A stretch of 64,000 nt of DNA from Macrostomum lignano (GCA_002269645.1 NIVC01000800.1:254710-318709), one strand, 5' to 3'; shown: positions 40,146-56,297, counted from the first letter of the stretch. Notes: a model not told the origin generated them from the letters alone. Translations and numbers: made by a program.

Positions 40146-42098
40146 TCTTCCGGCCGGCACGCATCCGCGAGCTCTTCAACTGGTCACTCTGGCAGCGGCA
40201 GCAGCGGCAAGCGGGACGCCTGGGCCAACACAGCCACTGTGGGCACCGGGATCGAGCCCGACTGTCTCGGGCCCTGCGACAGCGGCACCAGCGTCTCCCT
40301 CGACGGCCTAGTCTGGCTGGAGACGGACACCGGGGTCCTGGTGGTCAACGTGACCTGGCGCGGCCGCACCTACGTTGGCACCCTGCTAGACTCGTCCCGG
40401 CACGACTTTGCCCCGCCATGCTCGGCCCCCGGCGCCTCCACCTCGGCCGCCGGCGCCAACAACTGCTCCAGCTCGAATCCTGAGGATCCCGAATCGTCCA
40501 ACAGCAACGGCGCCGGCTCTCGCTGGTGCCAGCAGCAGCTGAACGGCCACCACCAGCATCATCACCATCATCATTCCCTGGCTTATCAGCACGCTCAGCA
40601 TCACGGAGGTCGCGGCGGCCGAGGCAATCGGCGCCGGGGAGGCCGGCCGCTGGCGCGTCAGCTGCCGCTGGCAAATGGCAGTAGCGGCAGCAGCGCCGGC
40701 AGCAACGGAGGCGGCGGCCCGGAACTGCCGCACATCCGGTGTCCAGAACCCGGATGTGACAAGCGCTTCGCCCAGCTTCAGGCGTTGAAGTGGCACAGCA
40801 TCAACCAGCACAGTCAGCAGCGTCAGCAGCAGCAGCCACAGGATTCCCCCAGCGGCAGCCTTCGCGAGGAGAAATCTCTAGACGGATCCAGCGTGTTCAA
40901 AGTTCCTCAGCAACAGGCTGTGTCCAAGCCGCAGTCAGCCGCCGGGGTCGTGACTGTCTCGCGGACCTGCCCGGTGCCCTACGGCCCTCCGCCTCAGGCT
41001 GGCTCAGCCGGTTTCAAAGCCATTCAGCCGAAGCCTGGCAAGGCTGGCCGAAGGTCCGCCGACCCGGTGTCGCCTGCCTACAGCGACATCAGCGACGAAG
41101 GCGGAGCTTCGGTGCTGGAGCCGGAGGACGAGCAGCAGCAGCAGCAGCACAAAGACCGGCAACAGCAGCAGCAGCCACTAGCGAGGTCTTTGTCTGCCAA
41201 CGAGGCGATTCGCGCCAAGTCTTTACCGCCAACTCAGCATCAAGCCAGGCCGCCGTCCGCATCTGCCGCATCCGCCGCTGTTGCTGCTACAAGCGCCGTG
41301 GCAACTCAGCCGCCTAGAACGCCTTCTACCTCGTCAACGACGTCCTCCGGCCACGGCGCGCCGCCGAAGCCCAGCTTGGGCCACTCGCCCTCCGACGGTG
41401 CCGATGCCCGGCCGAAGGCGACTGCACCGCCGCAGCAGCCGCCGCCGCCGCCCCCGTCCCAAGCGCCGTCGTCGGCCCCCGCCGTGGCGCCTTCAGCAGT
41501 CAGCGCCGCCGGCAGGCCGCCATCAATGTTCCAGCCGTCGCCTCAGCGTCGCCCGTCGCAGCCGAGTCCTTCGGCGTCGTCTCCGAGATTCGGGCAGCAG
41601 CATCAGCAGCATCCGGGAGCCGCAGCGGCAGCCGCCGCCGCCATGGCCGCCGGCTTTGACCCGTACCGGATGTCGTCCTACCAGCACCTGCCCGGCCTTG
41701 AGGCGCTCAGCCAGTACGCAGCAGCCGCGGCGGCGATGTCTTCTGGAAGACAACAGCAGCAACAGCAGCAACAGCAACAACAGCAGCCGCAGCATCCTCA
41801 GCTGCATCATCAGCAGCAGCACAAAATTCACGAGCTCGGCCGCAAAGCCGCCAGTCCGAAGGCGTCGCCGCCGACCCCAAACGGTCGTTTCCCAGCCTCC
41901 AACGGTGCTTCATCTAGTCACCACCAGCAGCTGCATCAGCAGCATCTGCAGCATCACCTGGCCAACCTGCACCAGCAGCACCAGCGGTCTCAGCCTCCTC
42001 CACATCATCACCTGATGGAACAGTTCAGCCTGCCGTTCACCCTGACCTCTCAGATGATGCAGTCTGCCCAGGCTCCTCATTACCTGCATCCCAAGTGA
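40146..42098 (+). CDS. ZNF608: ZNF608/609-like paralog 2, exon 2 (conserved domain, C2H2 finger, SPAYSDISD motif, Q/H-rich tail)
   Basis: Acceptor catccag|tct, phase 0, then an uninterrupted 1953-nt ORF. Contains [68 protein letters not shown] and [11 protein letters not shown]. Stop TGA ends at 42098. Total protein ~783 aa. Confidence 0.92.
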   Translation, partial: SSGRHASASSSTGHSGSGSSGKRDAWANTATVGTGIEPDCLGPCDSGTSVSLDGLVWLETDTGVLVVNVTWRGRTYVGTLLDSSRHDFAPPCSAPGASTSAAGANNCSSSNPEDPESSNSNGAGSRWCQQQLNGHHQHHHHHHSLAYQHAQHHGGRGGRGNRRRGGRPLARQLPLANGSSGSSAGSNGGGGPELPHIRCPEPGCDKRFAQLQALKWHSINQHSQQRQQQQPQDSPSGSLREEKSLDGSSVFKVPQQQAVSKPQSAAGVVTVSRTCPVPYGPPPQAGSAGFKAIQPKPGKAGRRSADPVSPAYSDISDEGGASVLEPEDEQQQQQHKDRQQQQQPLARSLSANEAIRAKSLPPTQHQARPPSASAASAAVAATSAVATQPPRTPSTSSTTSSGHGAPPKPSLGHSPSDGADARPKATAPPQQPPPPPPSQAPSSAPAVAPSAVSAAGRPPSMFQPSPQRRPSQPSPSASSPRFGQQHQQHPGAAAAAAAAMAAGFDPYRMSSYQHLPGLEALSQYAAAAAAMSSGRQQQQQQQQQQQQPQHPQLHHQQQHKIHELGRKAASPKASPPTPNGRFPASNGASSSHHQQLHQQHLQHHLANLHQQHQRSQPPPHHHLMEQFSLPFTLTSQMMQSAQAPHYLHPK

Positions 42099-42794
42099 AA
42101 CTTCCTTTGTCCATCAACCTTTGTGCCGGAATCGTTTCCTGTTAATATTTCCGCTTTGCTGCTTTTAGTTCGCACTCCAAAGTCAAGGTGGACCTCTCTC
42201 CCTTTGTCTTTTAATTTCACTGTAAATACCAGTTTATTATATATGATTATGAATGCATCTGTAATTTGTTATAATTCCGTACGCGAAATTTGCATCTCAA
42301 ACCGGGATTGTTTTTCAACGCAGACGCTTTCAAGCACCCGCTGTACAATGGTTGCCAAGCTTATATCTACTGTACTAAATGCTATACTAATAATACTGTT
42401 TTCTTGTTGTGTCTTAATGTTAGTTTGTAATTTACTTTTATCCGAGCTGAATTGTGACACAAATCGTATAGAAAGTTTATCAACTCTCTGGCTTGTTATC
42501 GTCATTCAATCCGCGCCAATCCGTAAAGACTTCTCAATTTGGAATTATCGGTGATGAAATAATCTTTGTTGGCTTTGCTTGCTTTGTTAAACTGCACTGT
42601 GACAACAAAAATATGAATTAATCGCTCACTAGAATGAGGCGAGATGCGGCCCCATATGCCTTATGCATTGTTTGTAAATTATTAATGATGCAATCTTTGC
42701 AATGTGCAACAAAATCTGTGCTTTTCGTTTGGACTTTGCGTTGGTTATCTTGGATTTGCAAGTACCGACTTGCTGACATTTTGTCCAAGTGATA

Positions 42795-43290
42795 AACCAT
42801 CTCTAGACACTATAAGTTGTCTTAAGACACCATACGATACGTCTCTAGACTCAATAGATTACCTCTAGAAACGATAGATTATCTCTAGACTCGATACATT
42901 ATCTTTTGGTACGATTGATTGTCTCTAACAGGTGATAGACTGTCTCCAGACACAATAGATTATCTCTTAGACTCCATAGATTATCTCTAGAAACGACCGA
43001 TTATCTTTAGACTTAATAGATTATCTCTAGACTCAATACAATAGATTACCTCTAGACACGATAGATTTTCTTTAGACACAATAGATAGATTATCTCTAGC
43101 CACGATGGATTATCTCTAGACATGATTGATTGTCTCTAAGAGGCGATAGACTGTCTTTAGACACGATAGATTAACACTAGACACGTTGGATTGTCTCTCG
43201 ACACAATAGGTCTTTAGGTTGTCTCTATAGACACGATAGATTATCTATAGACACCAAAGATTGTCTATGACACGATGCAATGTCTAGACT
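42795..43290. repeat. Degenerate ~21-bp array gatagattatctctagacac
   Basis: Direct reading. Confidence 0.85.
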
Positions 43291-43937
43291 CTGTAGATTT
43301 CCCATCTAAACCCGAAAGCGAAGACTATTTCGAAACAAAAGCAAGGCCTTCCTTTCTTTCACAAAACAGCAGGTGCTCCAGCGCGGCTGCAAATTATTAG
43401 GCAAAATGACCTCTTATTCAATTCAGTTTCCACAACGTGACAGTCATCATAATGTGCTAATATGGCCCCTGCCTCCTTGTCTGCATGTGACACCTCTGTA
43501 ATTAAATGCCATATGCTCAGCGCAGTCACCGCGCGTCAAAGTGTAAAGTCGAATAATCGCGAACTCTACTTGTATTGACAGACTTATAAAAGTGGTTGCA
43601 TGCAAACAATAAACCCAAGAATATAATTTATGAGGGAGTTTAGCGGGTGTAATACCTTAATTCTTAAGGATATCAGGTGTACACAAAGCTGTTTTTTCCT
43701 TCGTCAGCAGCTCAGGGGATCAAATCTTTCCAACCGTCATTATCGGCTTTATCTGGGTGGGGAGGCGGGGCTCCGGCTTCCCTCTTCAGAGCCCTGGAGG
43801 GATCGGGAAGGATTGAATGAAGCCGAGTGACGCAACACAGGGGATTGGGAAATTGGCATTGGCACGGTGGCATGTCGGATTTCCGTTTGAATTCGAGCGG
43901 CAGGGCGTCTGCGAAATCTTGACAAATACTGTAAGAA

Positions 43938-44390
43938 CTTGGGAGTCATGGGATACCTATGGGAGTCATGGGATACCTATGGGAATCATGTAATCTCTAT
44001 AGTAAGCATGGGGCATCTATAAGAAGCATGGGATATCTATGGGAATCATGTATTGTCTATGGAAAGCATGGGGCATCTATAAGAAGTATGAGATATCTAT
44101 GGGAAGCATGGGATATCTATCGGAATCATGTAATATCCATGGCATATCTATGGGAATCAATGGATATCTACGGGAAGCATGGCATATCTATGGGAATCAA
44201 TGGATATCGATGGAAATCAAGGGATATCTATGGAAAGCATGGGATATCGATGGGAATTATCGGATATCTATGGGAGTAATGTAAATATCTATGGGAAACA
44301 TGGGATATCTTTGCGAATCAAAGGATATCTATGGGAATCATGTAATATCTATGGGAAGCATGGGGCATCTGCGGGAGTCATGGGATATCA
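43938..44390. repeat. Degenerate 22-bp array atctatgggaagcatgggat
   Basis: Direct reading. Confidence 0.88.
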
Positions 44391-44957
44391 ATTGAATCGG
44401 GCCATAAGGTTAATATTGTGCATCTGAGACCACATCATTTACGAACTAGCGCAGCATGGGTTCGAGTACGCAGTCGATGTTCCCCAGTAGCCAGTCAACT
44501 TCAATACGCCCGCTTGTACATGGCTTGACTGATGGGAAGAAACAGACCGGGAGACCAGGCCATAAAAAGAATTTCTCCAATGAGGCGGAACAGCGCGGGG
44601 AATCAGTGAATCAGTGGGGGATCAAGGAGGCAAAAAATCCTCTCCAATATTATTAGGCTCCGAGGGAGCGCGGGGAAGAGGATGGAGAACGATCGGTTCG
44701 CTGCCCACGGAACAAAGACCATTGGGAATGTAGCCACCGCCACAGTCTGTAATCAGGGATATGTGATCTGTGGAGGCCAGGGGCGGAGGCGACAGGCACC
44801 CACCGCCGCAACAGGGTCCCCCCGTCCTTTGACGATCGGCAAATGATATCAAGTTCGATGGATTGTTAAATGTAGAGTCTTTATGAATTCGATACGTAGG
44901 TGCCTTTTTTTAAATGTCAAATATTGAAACTATGGGTCACACACAGCACACACAGTT

Positions 44958-45592
44958 GGAATGGCGCCTCAATTACAGTTAAGATGGCACCTTAATCACA
45001 GCTGGAATGGCGCCTCAACAACACTTGAAATGGCGCCCCAATCACAGTTGGAATGGCGCCTCAATTACAGTTGAAATGGCGCCTCAATTACAGTTGAAAT
45101 GGCGCCTCAATTACAGTTAAGATGGCACCTTAATCACAGCTGGAATGGCGCCTCAACAACACTTGAAATGGCGCCCCAATCACAGTTGAAATGGCGCCTC
45201 AATTACAGTTAAGATGGCGCCTTAATCACAGCTGGAATGGCGCCTCAACAACACTTGAAATGGCGCCCCAGTCACAGTTGAAATGGCGCCTCAATTACAG
45301 TTGAAATGGCGCCTCAATTACAGTTGAAATGGCGCCTCAATTACAGTTGAAATGGCGCCTCAATTGCAGTTAAAATGGCGCCTCAATCACAGTCAAAATG
45401 GCGCCTCAATCACAGTCAAAATGGCGCCTCAATCACAGTCAAAATGGCGCCTCAATTACAGTTGAAATGGCGCCTCAATGACAGTTAAAATGGCGCCTCA
45501 ATTACAGTTGAAATGGCGCCTCAATTACAGTTGAAATGGCGCCTCAATTACAGTTGAAATGGCGCCTCAATTACAGTTGAAATGGCGCCTAA
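44958..45592. repeat. 23-bp minisatellite aaatggcgcctcaattacagttg
   Basis: Direct reading. Confidence 0.96.
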
Positions 45593-46425
45593 CCATGGAG
45601 GTGCAAAATGTTTTACGTCAAAAATGTGATGAAATCTTATACTGCCTGTATAATTTGGCCCACTAAAGTCAAGCATTACGCAATAAAATGTAGCAATAAT
45701 ATCACGACGAATTTCCACCGAAGCAAAACAAAGACCAGTCGGGGGTCAACAAAGACCCATTCTGACCCAAGCTGATTTTCTATCGTTCGGAAAAAACCGA
45801 AAACAAAATAATGGTGGGGAAAGTGAGAGCTGAAAAAATGTGAGGAAAGTTGAGAAGCATTCACACTTACTCAAGGCTTTTGCAGATATTTGACTGTATA
45901 TTTGACACGATAGCCCACCAACCAATATCCCCTATTCATATTCTCTCCCACTTCAGACCATCTCCCCGGGATCCCCACCTCATTTCTTCAGCTCACGCTT
46001 GGCTAAGCTCTCACAGCCCCCAAGTGGGAGTTGGGAAATTTGGGAAGAAAGAGAGAAGCCGGGGGGGGAGGGGAAAAGGCAGAGAGGAACCCCCGTGGCT
46101 AGATCCAAGATTATCCCTCAGCATAGGCGTCTCTGTTCCCAGCTGTCTTACCTACACAACGTCAACTCTTTCATCCCACACAGTCAGATTCAAATCACCT
46201 TACAGGGAAGTTTGCCTCCCCCTGTGTTTACTGTGCGCCCGTCTGTATTCCCTAAATTCCCAACATTGCCTTTGACTCCCTCTGCTGGCTAAACTCCCAC
46301 TAATCGATTCATCCAGATGCAAATTCTGCTTCCAGCATGACGATTTTAATGTAGTATACGAGCGTGTTATATAGAACATTTCAGGTTCGATGATATTTAA
46401 CGCTTGATGTGGGTAGCTTGGGTAG

Positions 46426-46750
<325 letters not shown>

Positions 46751-47311
46751 CTTCTGTATTGTCAGCTGTCACTGTCAATACTCCAACCCCTTACCCCCTG
46801 CATATACAGACAGGTACGCACAGAGCAGTAGTTTAGATCATAAATTCTGATTATGTGCATCAGAATGACAGAATCCTAGTTTAATTCCCGACCAAACAGG
46901 AACTGAATTCTAGTAACAGAGCGGGGCTACAGAATGCGGGTTGGAACAAAGCATAGGCCGCCCCTTTCCAACTCCCAAATATAGATAGTTCTTCTCCACC
47001 ATGCAACCCAAACAGCCCGGGCATGCGTTTTTCCCACGGTCCATTCTAAACTCCCAACCAACAGCAACCACTTCACTTAACACTGGCTCGGTGGCTCCTA
47101 TGCGCGGTGAGAAGCGGAGATCTTTGTGCAACAAAAACTGCGACTGGATAAAGGAATTAAATTTGGTTAAATGGGTGGCGTGGCTGTTTAGCGTTTCGCA
47201 AACTGATCCCACCAACTCCCCACTTGATCCCATATTCTCCACCCCGAGTTACTTTCAATCCTTCCAATTGGCAACTATTTGCAAATTAAAAAAATGAGGC
47301 CCTTCCAAGAC

Positions 47312-48097
47312 ATGACAGCAGAGTGAGAGGACAAGACAGCAGAGTGAGAGGACAAGAAAGTAGAGTGAGAGGACAAGACAGCAGAGTAAGGAGATGAGAC
47401 AGCAGAGTGAGGAGATGAGACAGCAGAGTGAGGAGATGAGACAGCAGAGTGAGGAGATGAGACAGCAGAGTGAGGAGATGAGACAGCAGAGTGAGGAGAT
47501 GAGACAGCAGAGTGAGGAGATGAGACAGCAGAGTGAGGAGATGAGACAGCAGAGTGAGGAGATGAGACAGCAGAGTGAGAGGACAAGACAGCAGAGTGAG
47601 GGGACAAGACAGCAGAGTGAGAGGACAAGACAGCAGAGTGAGAGGACAAGACAGCAGAGTGAGAGGACAAGACAGCAGAGTGAGAGGACAAGACAGCAGA
47701 GTGAGAGGACAAGACAGCAGAGTGAGGGGACAAGACAGCAGAGTGAGAGGACAAGACAGCAGAGTGAGGAGATGAGACAGCAGAGTGAGGAGATGAGACA
47801 GTAGAGTGAGAGGACAAGACAGCAGAGTGAGAGGACAAGACAGCAGAGTGAGAGGACAAGACAGCAGAGTGAGGAGATGAGACAGCAGAGTGAGGAGATG
47901 AGACAGCAGAGTGAGAGGACAAGACAGCAGAGTGAGAGGACAAGACAGCAGAGTGAGGAGATGAGAAAGCAGAGTGAGGAGATGAGACAGCAGAGTGAGG
48001 AGATGAGACAGCAGAGTGAGAGGACAAGACAGCAGAGTGAGAGGACAAGACAGCAGAGTGAGAGGACAAGACAGCAGAGTGAGAGGACAAGACAGCA
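47312..48097. repeat. 21-bp minisatellite with two variants (gacagcagagtgaggagatga / gacagcagagtgagaggacaa)
   Basis: Direct reading. Confidence 0.97.
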
Positions 48098-48522
48098 GCG
48101 TGTGCAAATAATGCCTTTCTCTGTTTGCTTTTATCGAGTTCAATTTCGGAACTGAAGCAAAATTCAGCAATTTCTGTTACAATAACACGTTCGATAAAGC
48201 CGTGGCCTCAGAAACACTATTCAGCTAAAAATAAATTAGGCCTCAGCTCTCTGTCTCGGCGGTTTGCGACAAAATCGGCAAAAATGCTACAGTTTGCGAA
48301 CCCAAGCCTCGCTTCCACCCACCACTCTCTCCTGCTACTCCCTGTGCGTTTCCGCGGCTTCACCAATTTGCCAGCAATAGCATGGCCGGCCGAGCAGAGT
48401 TCTGCAGCCGAATTTGGGAGCGTGCATTGAGAGCGAGCGTGCATGAGCGTGCAAATGTATGGGTCGGGTTGCCCGCTGTCTGCTACAGACAGAGCTTTCT
48501 GTTGTGGATTTTTTCCCTCAAT

Positions 48523-50397
48523 TGTCTCTCCCTGTCTCTCCCCTGCCTCTCCCTGTCTCTCCCTGTCTCTCCCTGTCTCTCCCCTGTCTCTCCCTGTCTT
48601 TCCCTGTCTCTCCCCTGTCTCTCCTCTGTCTCTCCTCTGTCTCTCCTTGTCTCTCCCTGTCTCTCCTCTGTCTCTCCTTGTCTCTCCCCTGTCTCTCCCT
48701 GTCTCTCCCCTGCCTCTCCCTGTCTCTCCCTGTCTCTCCCCTGTCTCTCCCTGTCTTTCCCTGTCTCTCCCCTGTCTCTCCCTGTCTCTCCCCTGCCTCT
48801 CTCTGTCTCTCCCTGTCTCTCCCTGTCTCTCCCCTGCCTCTCCCTGTCTCTCCCCTGCCTCTCCCTGTCTCTCCCTGTCTCTCCCCTGTCTCTCCCCTGT
48901 CTCTCCCTGTCTCTCCCCTGCCTCTCCCTGTCTCTCCTCTGTCTCTCCTTGTCTCTCCCTGTCTCTCCTCTGTCTCTCCTTGTCTCTCCCCTGTCTCTCC
49001 CTGTCTCTCCCTGCCTCTCCCTGTCTCTCCCTGTCTCTCCCCTGTCTCTCCCTGTCTTTCCCTGTCTCTCCCCTGTCTCTCCCTGTCTCTCCTCCTGCCT
49101 CTCTCTGTCTCTCCCTGTCTCTCCCTGTCTCTCCCCTGCCTCTCCCTGTCTCTCCCCTGCCTCTCCCTGTCTCTCCCTGTCTCTCCCCTGTCTCTCCCTG
49201 TCTTTCCCTGTCTCTCCCCTGTCTCTCCCTGTCTCTCCCCTGCCTCTCTCTGTCTCTCCCTGTCTCTCCCTGTCTCTCCCCTGCCTCTCCCTGTCTCTCC
49301 CCTGCCTCTCCCTGTCTCTCCCTGTCTCTCCCCTGTCTCTCCCCTGTCTCTCCCTGTCTCTCCCCTGCCTCTCCCTGTCTCTCCTCTGTCTCTCCTTGTC
49401 TCTCCCCTGTCTCTCCTCTGTCTCTCCTTGTCTCTCCCCTGTCTCTCCCTGTCTCTCCCCTGCCTCTCCCTGTCTCTCCCTGTCTCTCCCCTGTCTCTCC
49501 CTGTCTTTCCCTGTCTCTCCCCTGTCTCTCCCTGTCTCTCCCCTGCCTCTCTCTGTCTCTCCCTGTCTCTCCCTGTCTCTCCCCTGCCTCTCCCTGTCTC
49601 TCCCCTGCCTCTCCCTGTCTCTCCCTGTCTCTCCCCTGTCTCTCCCCTGTCTCTCCCTGTCTCTCCCCTGCCTCTCCCTGTCTCTCCTCTGTCTCTCCTT
49701 GTCTCTCCCCTGTCTCTCCTCTGTCTCTCCTTGTCTCTCCCCTGTCTCTCCCTGTCTCTCCCCTGCCTCTCCCTGTCTCTCCCTGTCTCTCCCCTGTCTC
49801 TCCTTGTCTCTCCCCTGTCTCTCCCTGTCTTTCCCTGTCTCTCGCCTGTCTCTCCCTGTCTCTCCCCTGCCTCTCCCTGTCTCTCCCTGTCTCTCCCTGT
49901 CTCTCCTCTGTCTCTCCTTGTCTCTCCTCTGTCTCTCCCCTGCCTCTCCCTGTCTCTCCCTGTCTCTCCCTGTCTCTCCCCTGCCTCTCCCTGTCTCTCC
50001 CTGTCTCTCCCTGTCTCTCCCCTGTCTCTCCCCTGTCTCTGCTCTGTCTCTCCTCTGTCTCTCCCCTGTCTCTCCCTGTCTCTCCTCTGTCTCTCCTTGT
50101 CTCTCCCCTGTCTCTCCTCTGTCTCTCCTTGTCTCTCCCCTGTCTCTCCCTGTCTTTCCCTGTCTCTGTCTCTCCCTGTCTCTCCCTGCCTCTCCCTGTC
50201 TCTCCCTGTCTCTCCCTGTCTCTCCCTGTCTCTCCCCTGTCTCTCCTGTCTCTCCCTGTCTCTCCCCTGTCTCTCCCTGTCTCTCCCTGTCTCTCCCTGT
50301 CTCTCTGTCTCTCCTGTCTCTCCCCTGTCTCTCCCTGTCTCTCCCTGCCTCTCCCTGTCTCTCCCTGTCTCTCCCCTGTCTCTCCCTGTCTCTCCCC
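48523..50397. repeat. 10/11-bp pyrimidine minisatellite ctgtctctcc(c), ~1.9 kb
   Basis: Direct reading; source of six 630-730-aa spurious ORFs. Confidence 0.98.
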
Positions 50398-50507
50398 CCT
50401 TCTTTCTCCCAATCGGCATTATCTAAAATAATTATTGTCACATGACAGTCTTAAATCGCATCAGAATCTTAGCTGCCTTATTAAGAACCCCCAAGGCAGA
50501 CTGCATG

Positions 50508-50509
<2 letters not shown>

Positions 50510-50570
<61 letters not shown>
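50510..50570. repeat. (GA)n microsatellite
   Basis: Direct reading. Confidence 0.97.
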
Positions 50571-50571
<1 letters not shown>

Positions 50572-50831
50572 CCAGAAGCTCAGTTGCCAAGCGCCAAGCT
50601 CCATTCCGAATGAACTGTGGCGGTTTGCAGTCGTAAAACGGAAATGCGGGTTTGAAATTAGGATTGGGGAAACCGGATGACAAAAAAATCAATAAATCAG
50701 TGGGCTGGGCTTGCCCGGAGACCGCACGTAGGTGATAGTAGGGCTGAAGACTGTTCTGCGCAATCTGCTCCCCATCTATCCTGTCCCTAATCCTTATCGT
50801 AGGATTTTTCACGGGAGGCTGTATCATCAGA

Positions 50832-51118
50832 AGGGGCGCCGTTTTCATTTGAGGGGCGCCGTTTTCATTTGAGGGGCGCCGTTTTTATTTGAGGGGCGCC
50901 GTTTTCATTTGAGGGGCGCCGTTTTCATTTGAGGGGGCTTTAGCACCAGGGGCTTTAGCACCAGGGGCTTTAGCACCAGGGGCTTTAGCACCAGGGGCTT
51001 TAGCACCAGGGGCTTTAGCACCAGAGGCTTTAGCACCAGAGGCTTTAGCACCAGGGACTTTAGCACCAGGGGCTTTAGCACCAGGGGCTTTAGCACCAGG
51101 GACTTTTGCACCAGGGGC
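50832..51118. repeat. 20-bp gaggggcgccgttttcattt x5 abutting 15-bp ttagcaccaggggct x12
   Basis: Direct reading. Confidence 0.95.
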
Positions 51119-51749
51119 GCTAGGAAACTCCATATAATTTACCATTCGTCAATGCCCCCCGACCCCTCTCGCCCGCAACCCGCGTCAGGTAAAACAATTA
51201 TATTAATGTTCCTGTTAGAATGACGTCATTTATTTGTTTATTTTGGCTCTCCAGTTGCGAGTTTCGCCTTGTTCACTCACTATACTAAGTCTGTGTGTCT
51301 TCTCCTAGAGGCAAAAGAAGGCAAAGACAGCAGATCAGTGGGGAGGGGGTCCTCAAGGGCGGTTGCGTGCGTGTCTGCAAGCTGGGACAAAGACACTGGG
51401 AGAAACCGACACCCCCTGCCTGCCTCAAGTCTGCCAGCGTTTCCTTTCCTTCGGCTGCCCGGCCGCGCAGTTAATGGCCGGGGGGGGGGTCGGTGGGGGG
51501 TTGCTTAGCGGGCTGATTTGGAAACAAATCGAGTAGAAGGGATGCGATAGTGAGGGATTCCAACTCACTCACTTCCCGCTCTCTAGGCAGTCGCATAGCT
51601 TTAACAATAATCAGATGAGGAGACGGCGGAGCTGAATTATTAATTTGATGGAGGGCTCGGGGAGTGCGGGTCTAATCAGTGCTATGCTGTCTCTGGGATG
51701 TAGCGCTCTGAGTAGCTCGTATAATCAGTTGATCCCTACTGATCTGCTG

Positions 51750-53120
<1,371 letters not shown>

Positions 53121-53444
53121 CTACAAAGCCCAGAGGCCACTCACTTCATTTTTAAAAGCTGGAATCCATTCGGAACCGAAGGACCCTTGTAACCACTTGA
53201 ATGAAAGGGGATCTACTTAATAGGAGAATGTGGCATCTGCTCTATCGATCCTGATGAGCACCTCAGCCCAGCACTCAGCTGGAGGCTCTGCCGTCCTTGT
53301 TGGCCTTCGTCGACATGAAACTGTTGGAACATTTTCTGGCGAATCTTCAAGTTGATCTTTGCATTGTGTGTGAAACGTTGCTGACCTCTTTAATTTTCCA
53401 TACATAATTATCTCAATTTATCTACAGTCTCCATTCGTTCACCC

Positions 53445-54146
53445 GGAGTCTCCCATTCTCTCCCTCAGTCTCCCAATCTCACTCTCAGTTTCCCGTTCTC
53501 CCCTCAGTCTCCCAATCTCACCCTCAGTCTGCCATTCTCACCCTCACTCTCCCAATCTCACCCTCAATCTCCCAATCTCACTTTCAGTCTCCCAATCTCG
53601 CCCTCGTCTCCCATTCTCACCCTCAGTCTCCCATTCTCACCCTCAGTCTCCCAATCTCACCTTCAGTCTCCCAATCTCACCTTCAGTCTCCCAATCTCAC
53701 TTTCAGTCTCTCAATCTCAATTTCAGTCTCCCAATCTCACCTTCAGTCTCTCAGTCTCACCCTCAGTCTTCTTATCTCGCCCTCAGTCTCCCATTCTCAC
53801 CCTCAGTCTCCCATTCTCACCCTCAGTCTCTTAATCTCACCTTCAGTCTCCCAATCTCACCTTCGGTCTCCCAGTCTCACCCTCAGTCTCCCAATCTCAC
53901 CCTCAGTCTCCCAATCTCCCTTCAGTCTCCCAATCTCACCCTCAGTCTCCCAATCTCCCTTCAGTCTCCCAATCTCACCCTCAGTCTCCCAATCTCCCTT
54001 CAGTCTCCCAATCTCACCCTCAGTCTCCCAATCTCCCTTCAGTCTCCCAATCTCCCTTCAGTCTCCCAATCTCCCTTCAGTTTCCCAATCTCACCCTCAG
54101 TCTCCCAATCTCCCTTCAGTCTCCCAATCTCACCCTCAGTCTCCCT
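53445..54146 (+). repeat. 20-bp minisatellite cagtctcccaatctcaccct (left inverted arm)
   Basis: Reverse complement of the array at 54862-55460. Confidence 0.96.
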
Positions 54147-54516
54147 GTCTCAGCTTCAGGTCATTCTTTACTCGAATCCCCAGGATGATGCTGTTTTGCA
54201 ATAAAGGCCCCCCAGAGCACCCAAATTATTTCTCAGAGCTGACAAACAGCTTAGAAATGGATAATTTTCCAACGATTTCCCTGCATCAGAGAATTTGCCG
54301 CTCAATCTTTACCAGTATTTCTCTTTTTTCTCTCGCGCAATCTTTGAAAATCAAGCAAAATCGGCAGAAGCAGAGAAAAGCAATTAAAATGATTTCTGTA
54401 CCAATGTTCGGTCTGGGAATGACTCATTCTGTTCCATTTGCCGGGGGGAATCCACAAAGCATAGCCCCATCCAGAGGACCCTTCAGAATCACGCATGACT
54501 GTTCCGGACTAATTTG

Positions 54517-54541
54517 ATTGGCTGACAAGCTCTAGACCAAT
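54517..54541. promoter_or_regulatory. Opposed CCAAT boxes in the spacer between the inverted arms
   Basis: ATTGG-N15-CCAAT, ~2.2 kb upstream of the MRL ATG. Confidence 0.3.
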
Positions 54542-54861
54542 GGTGAGGCGGCTAGCTATCAGTTGGCTGTAAAATGAGATTTCAAATCTCATAAAAACTG
54601 AAGTTTCAAATAACTGCAGGGTTTTAGTCTCTACTGTCAGTAGGCGATGAATTCATGTAAATTTCATGACTGCGAATGAGAAATTGTATAAAATGTTGGG
54701 GGAAATGGCACGGACAGAAGTTTATGACGTCCGAGAACTAGAGCGAAACGAATCCATAATTTCTTTATTTATGGAGTCTTTGGGAAGCCAAGCAGGTTTG
54801 TCACGTGTTGTTCATGTGAGAGTTAGAGAAACTGGCCCTGTCTAAAGAACCTCGATGGCAT

Positions 54862-55460
54862 TTGGGAGACTGAGGGTGAGCTGCGGTGAGATTGGGACAC
54901 TGAAGGTGAGAGGAGACCGAGCTGAGATTTCGGAGGGTGAGATTGGGAGACTGAGGGTGAGAATGGGAGACTGAGGGTGAGATTGGGAGACTGAGATGAG
55001 AATGGGAGACCGAGAGAGAGATTGGGAGGCTGAGGGTGAGATTGGGAGGCTGAGGGTGAGATTGAGAGACTGAGGGTGAGATTGGGAGATTGAGGGTGAA
55101 AGTGGGAGACTGAGGGTGAGACTGGGAGACTGAGGGTGAGATTGGGAGACTAAGGGTGAGATTTGGAGACTGAAGGTGAGACTTGGAGACTGAGGGGGGT
55201 GAAATTGGGAGACTGAGAGTGAGAATGGGAGACTGAGAGAAAGATTGGGAGGCTGATGGTGAGATTGGGAGGCTGAGGGTGAGATTGGGAGGCTGAGGGT
55301 GAGATTGAGAGATTGAGGGTGAGATTGGGAGACTGAGGGTGAGACTGGGAGACTAAGGGTGAGACTGGGAGACTGACGGTCAGGTTGGGAGACCGAGAGA
55401 GAGATTGGGAGGCTGAGGGTGAGATTGGGAGACTAAGGCTGAGATTGGAAGGCTGAGTGT
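54862..55460 (-). repeat. 20-bp minisatellite gagattgggagactgagggt (right inverted arm)
   Basis: Direct reading. Confidence 0.96.
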
Positions 55461-56209
55461 GATTCAGTAGGAAAGGATGAAGAGAGCAAGATGTACTTTA
55501 GCGCAGGTAAACTGAGGGAAGGCACACAGATTTATCCCAGATGTATCGGCGAGGCTGCCACAGCAGACACGGGAATGCCATCATTTTACTTGCTTGCTGA
55601 TTAATTAAAGTAGGTTGCGCTGTGCAAAGCTGCTTAATTGGTACAAGTTTTGCGTTTTGGGTTTTGCACCACAGCAGTTGGGATTTGGGCGGCCAAGTTG
55701 CTTCTCAGTCCCTTTCCTCTCTCTTCCCATTCTCCCTGCCCCATGGTTGAGTGCTCCGCTTAGCAAATACCGATATTTGTAGGGCGAGAGGCAGGACCGT
55801 ACAGTGAAGTAGTGCGGTACGCGTAGCCTCAGCTTTTATGCTTGATTTTTGGCCTATCACTGTGCATGCGTTGGCATTGAGCGATCGGGGGCGCAAAGCA
55901 GGGCGCAAAGCAGAGGAGTTCGGCGCGTTGGTGACACCAGAGACCACCCACACCCACCCAGGCTGAGTGGCGAGACGAGAGAGAAAAAAGTTTCCTATAG
56001 TGTTTCCTTTCTATGCATGCGTGACTGTGGCCTGCTCATGGACTGCTGGGATCTAGTATCTGGGCGGAGGGCTTTCGATATTGTTGTAGAATTATTGGAG
56101 ATTATTGCTTAACTGCCATGGGGGATCCAGCAAACCAGCGAAGGGTCAGTTGCCCTCCCTCACTAGTGAAATGAGGAGTCATGTTTCTTGGCGAGTCTTG
56201 CCTGTGGAT

Positions 56210-56214
56210 AGATG

Positions 56215-56296
<82 letters not shown>
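56210..56296. repeat. (GATA)n microsatellite
   Basis: Direct reading. Confidence 0.97.

Positions 56297-56297
<1 letters not shown>

Noticed and set aside
48217-50445. Six 630-730-aa ORFs on both strands
   Set aside because: They are translations of a stop-free 10/11-bp repeat, with no domain or unique sequence.
53217-53405. Minus-strand short ORF or exon between arrays
   Set aside because: No recognisable motif and no good acceptor or donor pair.
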